Assembly: GCA_004431415.1 (NCBI GenBank)
Contig: QPMI01000527.1
Coordinates: forward strand, 124,001 to 188,000
Reading direction: 5' to 3'
Length of the DNA: 64,000 nucleotides
Origin: Cyanophora paradoxa CCMP329
Taxonomy: Eukaryota; Plantae; Glaucophyta
Within the stretch, counting starts at the first letter, position 1. Each line of letters begins with the position of its first letter. Positions 60,501 through 64,000 of the stretch are shown here, piece after piece. The notes under the pieces are model-generated. The model was not told where the DNA came from and made no database searches. It saw only the letters and a program-made list of their open reading frames with translations. Position numbers and translations under genes: made by a program.

Positions 60501-62927
60501 ATGACGGCCTGCTGGTCGGGCAGGCGCAAGCGACGCGCTGTTTTCTGGAAGCGGGCGCTGCGTGGGACAAAGAGGACAAAGAGGGAGTGACAGCTCTAGA
60601 GCTCGCCCTGCGGTGGCGGCAAGGCGCCCTCCTCGACCCTTTCCTCGAGTGTCCGCGCGTCTTGTTCACCGCAGCCAAGCTTGCTACTATTTGCGGGCAA
60701 ATCGTAGACGCTGTCGCTGCTGAGTGTAATCCTGCCGCTGTCGTGGCCAAGTTTCCTGCCACAAGCTCCACTGTGCCCTCCACCTGGCCCGTCTTCTCGA
60801 GGTCAGGCGACCCCGATATGTTAGTCTCACTCTGCATGAACATAACATGCCGTGCAGAGAGCGGCCAAGGCAAACCCTGACCAGGCTTCTCTTATCCTTG
60901 AATGCCGCGACAGCGCCATTGATGTCACCTACCAGGTAACGTTCTTGCCTATCGCTAGCGCTATAGCGCTAGCGTTGATGCAACCGTCCATGCTAACCCT
61001 TCTAGATCTGTGATTTTGACGTTTGCCACGCAGCTGCTGGATGCTGTGGGAAGATTATTTCGAGAACGCGTGCAAAGGCGAGCAACGAGTCTTGAGGGCG
61101 ATTCCGTCACGTGGGTAGTCGCCATGGCAAGGATTGCGCACGGGTGCGTCACGTTTCCGCACACCCATGTACAAGCTCAAGCTTGCCTGGTTCGAGCAGT
61201 TCTGATAATACGAACGCACAGAGCGGAGACCGAAGCAAGTCTACGCGAATGTGTGAAGCTTACGGCAGACGATCCGCTCGACATATGGCATGCGAATCAG
61301 GTACGTTGCAATTGCGCCTCCCCTGTACCTGTATAGTACCTTCCGTGTTTAAACTTGCGTGTTCTCCAGTTGTACAAGCTCAAGAGTAAGAAGAGCGACT
61401 GCGATAGCGCTCTTTCCGCCGCATATGATCAACAGGGACCCATTGCCGACTCTGTTGAGGTGGGCGGTGCCCGCGCTTCTGCCTTCCGCCTGTTTTGTCG
61501 CCTATATGTGTGTGGGCATGCAGGCCCTAGAGCTTTGCCTGCCCGGTGTCGGCAGCCCTCTCGACATGGCTATTGAGCTGGATTTGTACCCGTTCTTTGT
61601 ACGCCCCATGTCCCACTTGCTCCTCGCTCCTCACATGCTGTCCCAAACCCCAAACTCCGCTGTATCCTCGCAGGGCCACCCGTTCGTCCATCGCTACATA
61701 CAGCGCGTCTCTGAGAGCGCATCAGATCTTCAGGTCAGCATGATCGCTTTATCTCATCCAATTTAGGACCTTATGCATATGCAGGCGGTTTCACTTCTTC
61801 CCAGCGCCCTCGTGTCCCTTGCTCAGAAGGTGCTGTCACGGGATGCCGAAAAAGAAGGCAAGAGCGAGGGAAAGGACGGCAAGAGTGAGAAGAGCGCTTG
61901 GGAAGACAAGCAAACGAGCGAGGGAGAGCTCTGGTGGGAGACCCCGGGACACCCCCTCAACAGCTGGAAGGGAAAGTTCGCTGCGGACTTGATTACCTAT
62001 TTTATATTCCTCTTCCTCATTGCCCTCGGTATTGTCCTTTTCTTCCTTCAGCCGTGTGTGTAGCTACAGCTAACCGCAGCCAGCTGTGTCGAGCGTGCTC
62101 GGGGAGCATGGGCGGCCCCGGCCTTCCGTTTTGGCCCTCCTCGCCATTCAGCCCCTTTGCATGCTTCTTCGGGAGTACTACCAGGTGCGTCTTTTTAAAC
62201 ATGCCTGCCTTCCTTTCTTTGAAACCAGTTTGCCTCAGGCGCGAGAGGAAGGCTTCCGGGAGTACTTTGGAGACATCTTCAATCTCCTCGACATCGCCCT
62301 CTTCGTTGCCACACCGCTACTCGCCATTCTTGGGATCATTGCAGAGGCAATACTCTAACTCTTCTCTTTTCTTAAATACATAACCGTATACGTGTGCGTG
62401 GTTCAAGCAGTGTTAACTTCAACATCCGTGCAGGCAATCCCGGCTTGCGCTCGCTACGCCGACAACGTAATTCCTGTTCTAGCCTAGGTGCGGCCCGAAG
62501 TACACAGCATTCGCATCAGTGGCGCGCAGATTGACTAGTACTGCCGATCAGTTTTTATACCGGCTTCTCTTCGCCTTCTCGAGTTTGGGTACATCAGCCC
62601 CATGCTAGGTTTGTCATCGACATCCCCATGGCCAGCATCTTTTCTGAGCTAAAACCTTCTCTGCTCACACCAAAACAGGCCCCATGCTCGTCGTTTTCGG
62701 TCGCGTGCGTTTCCCAGCTTGTGACTGCGATGCTCTGTAACCCTCAGCAATTAATAAATCTTATACTTTTTCACGTGCGAATGTCAGATGGCGCAAAATG
62801 TTCTCTCGGTCCTCATCGTCTTCCTTCTCGTTTTTGCATCCTTCGTGTTCGCCCTCTGGGGCTGGTCGGCTTCCGTCCTTGGCCGCGCCAGCGATGGCGA
62901 ACCGCCAATCACCTTGGCCGAAACTGC
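57507..62927 (+). pseudogene. Ankyrin-TRP gene copy D, seven cassette exons, truncated just before the pore-helix exon
   Basis: Paralog of A and C up to EPPITLAETA. Homology is lost at ~62955. Single-base losses in homopolymers at ~60520 and ~60760. Confidence 0.8.
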
Positions 62928-63086
62928 GTGAGTTCATGCTTAGTCTGGTCCTTTATGTGGCCGCCGCCGAGTCTGGAGCCTAAGCATGAACTCACGCAGT
63001 CGGCGGCCAGTCTGTGAGCACTCGGCCGGCGCCCGCCCCCTGTTGACAGCTCGAGCTCGCCGTCGTGACAATCGTTTTCCCTCAGA

Positions 63087-63755
63087 TCAACTGCACCTTC
63101 AGCCCGGCACAGACGGGCATCCCGCTCATGGCGCCCCTCGCGAATATATCCGTCGTCGTCCGCGGGATGCCAGGCTCTGCCGCCTGGATGCCCGACGCGC
63201 CCGCGATCGGAGATCTCTTCCTCATTTCGCACGTGGCGCCGATGATCACGACCGGCGGCTACATGCTCGCCGTGTACTCGACGGGGTTCAACGACACCGT
63301 CTTCGAGGACGCCGCGTCAACGGAGCTCTACGTTACGAACTCGGTGATCGGAGAGGCGTATCCAGACATCGGCCCCATGACGGGCGGCACGCGCGTGACT
63401 CTCACAGGGACGGCCCTGCCTCCGAACACTGGGGCGAAACTCGAGGCGCGCGTCTGCAACTCGCCTGCAGTCGTCTGGTCGCTGTGCGTTTCTCGCGTTG
63501 AGGCATATTAGGTTTGTGTATCAATCGCGCTCGTGCAGGACTGCAACGCGAGCCGTCATCGTCGCGCCCCCTGCGGTCAGCAGCAGAGCCTTGAATGAAA
63601 CAGGGATAGGGAATACGTATACAGGTAACGGAACTGCAGCAAACGCCACTTCGGCTGCTGGTCAACCGTCGAATTCCACCGCGAGATCAAGCAACCCGTC
63701 GACGCTCGCCCCCGTCGGTCTCGCGTACTGCGACATAGAGCTCTCCGTCGGGGCG
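63087..63755 (+). CDS. Exons of an IPT/TIG-domain, probably extracellular protein (partial)
   Basis: YPDIGPMTGGTRVTLTGTAL fits the IPT/TIG consensus. Several N-x-S/T sites. Intron-like breaks at ~63450-63538 and after ~63755. Confidence 0.6.
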
Positions 63756-64000
63756 TGCTGGCTGGCGTCTGGCCCTCCAGCTTCAGGTCTGCCTAGCGGG
63801 CGCATCTTTATCTAGTCGCAGTAATCTCGCGTCTTACAACCGACCGACGAACAGGTACAATGCGCCACCTGTCGCGCACATTTTGCCTCTCCCCGCGCGC
63901 ATGGCGCTGCCCATCGCGAGTCTGGAGTTGAGCGCTTTCCTCTCCTTCGGTGCGACGAATGCTTATTATATTGGTGTCGCTCGATGTATAGACGCGACCG

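Noticed and set aside
5646-63622. The 6-bp scars as pure sequencing or assembly artefacts
   Set aside because: Some are shared between paralogs (44034/57819, 43396/57232), some are decayed by later substitution (~6142, ~27320), and one flanks a transposon. Not formally excluded without reads.
741-63815. Hundreds of long Arg/Gly/Pro/Ala-rich six-frame ORFs (e.g. 3828-5081, 19834-21219, 23075-24598, 33231-34724)
   Set aside because: Shadow ORFs caused by high GC and scarce stops. They overlap spliced genes or repeats in other frames and show no domain motifs.
1-64000. tRNA, rRNA or snRNA genes; LTR elements; an autonomous transposase
   Set aside because: No recognisable sequence or motif was found by eye. 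A covariance-model or HMM scan would be needed to exclude them fully.

Overview
GC-rich eukaryotic genomic DNA with many short spliceosomal introns (GTGCG...GCAG, some GC-AG). The style and gene families suggest an alga or protist such as a glaucophyte, but this is inference only. The window is a tandemly duplicated gene block. It holds four copies of the 3' part of an ADCY10/STAND-NTPase-like TPR gene and four copies of an ankyrin-repeat TRP-like channel gene (two apparently full length, two truncated). It also holds two degenerate copies each of an unusual histone H3/CenH3-like gene (minus strand) and a head-to-head F-box/LRR-like gene, and part of an IPT/TIG-domain gene at the right edge. 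Mobile elements: two L1/Tx1-type LINE families (one near full length, one 5'-truncated, six short 3' fragments), a hAT-type MITE (23-bp TIR, 8-bp TSD) and a CACAG-ended element (17-bp TIR, 3-bp TSD). The most striking signal comes from comparing paralogous copies: a pervasive, stereotyped 6-bp insertion turns a triplet XYZ into XYZ-revcomp(XYZ)-XYZ. It is dense in intergenic DNA, adds in-frame dipeptides to proteins and puts a stop in the LINE reverse transcriptase. It is best explained as the hairpin-derived excision footprint of a very active 3-bp-TSD transposon, and one such element sits inside one of these scars. Exon coordinates were read by eye and are approximate. Many single-base frameshifts lie in G/C homopolymers and may be sequencing errors.
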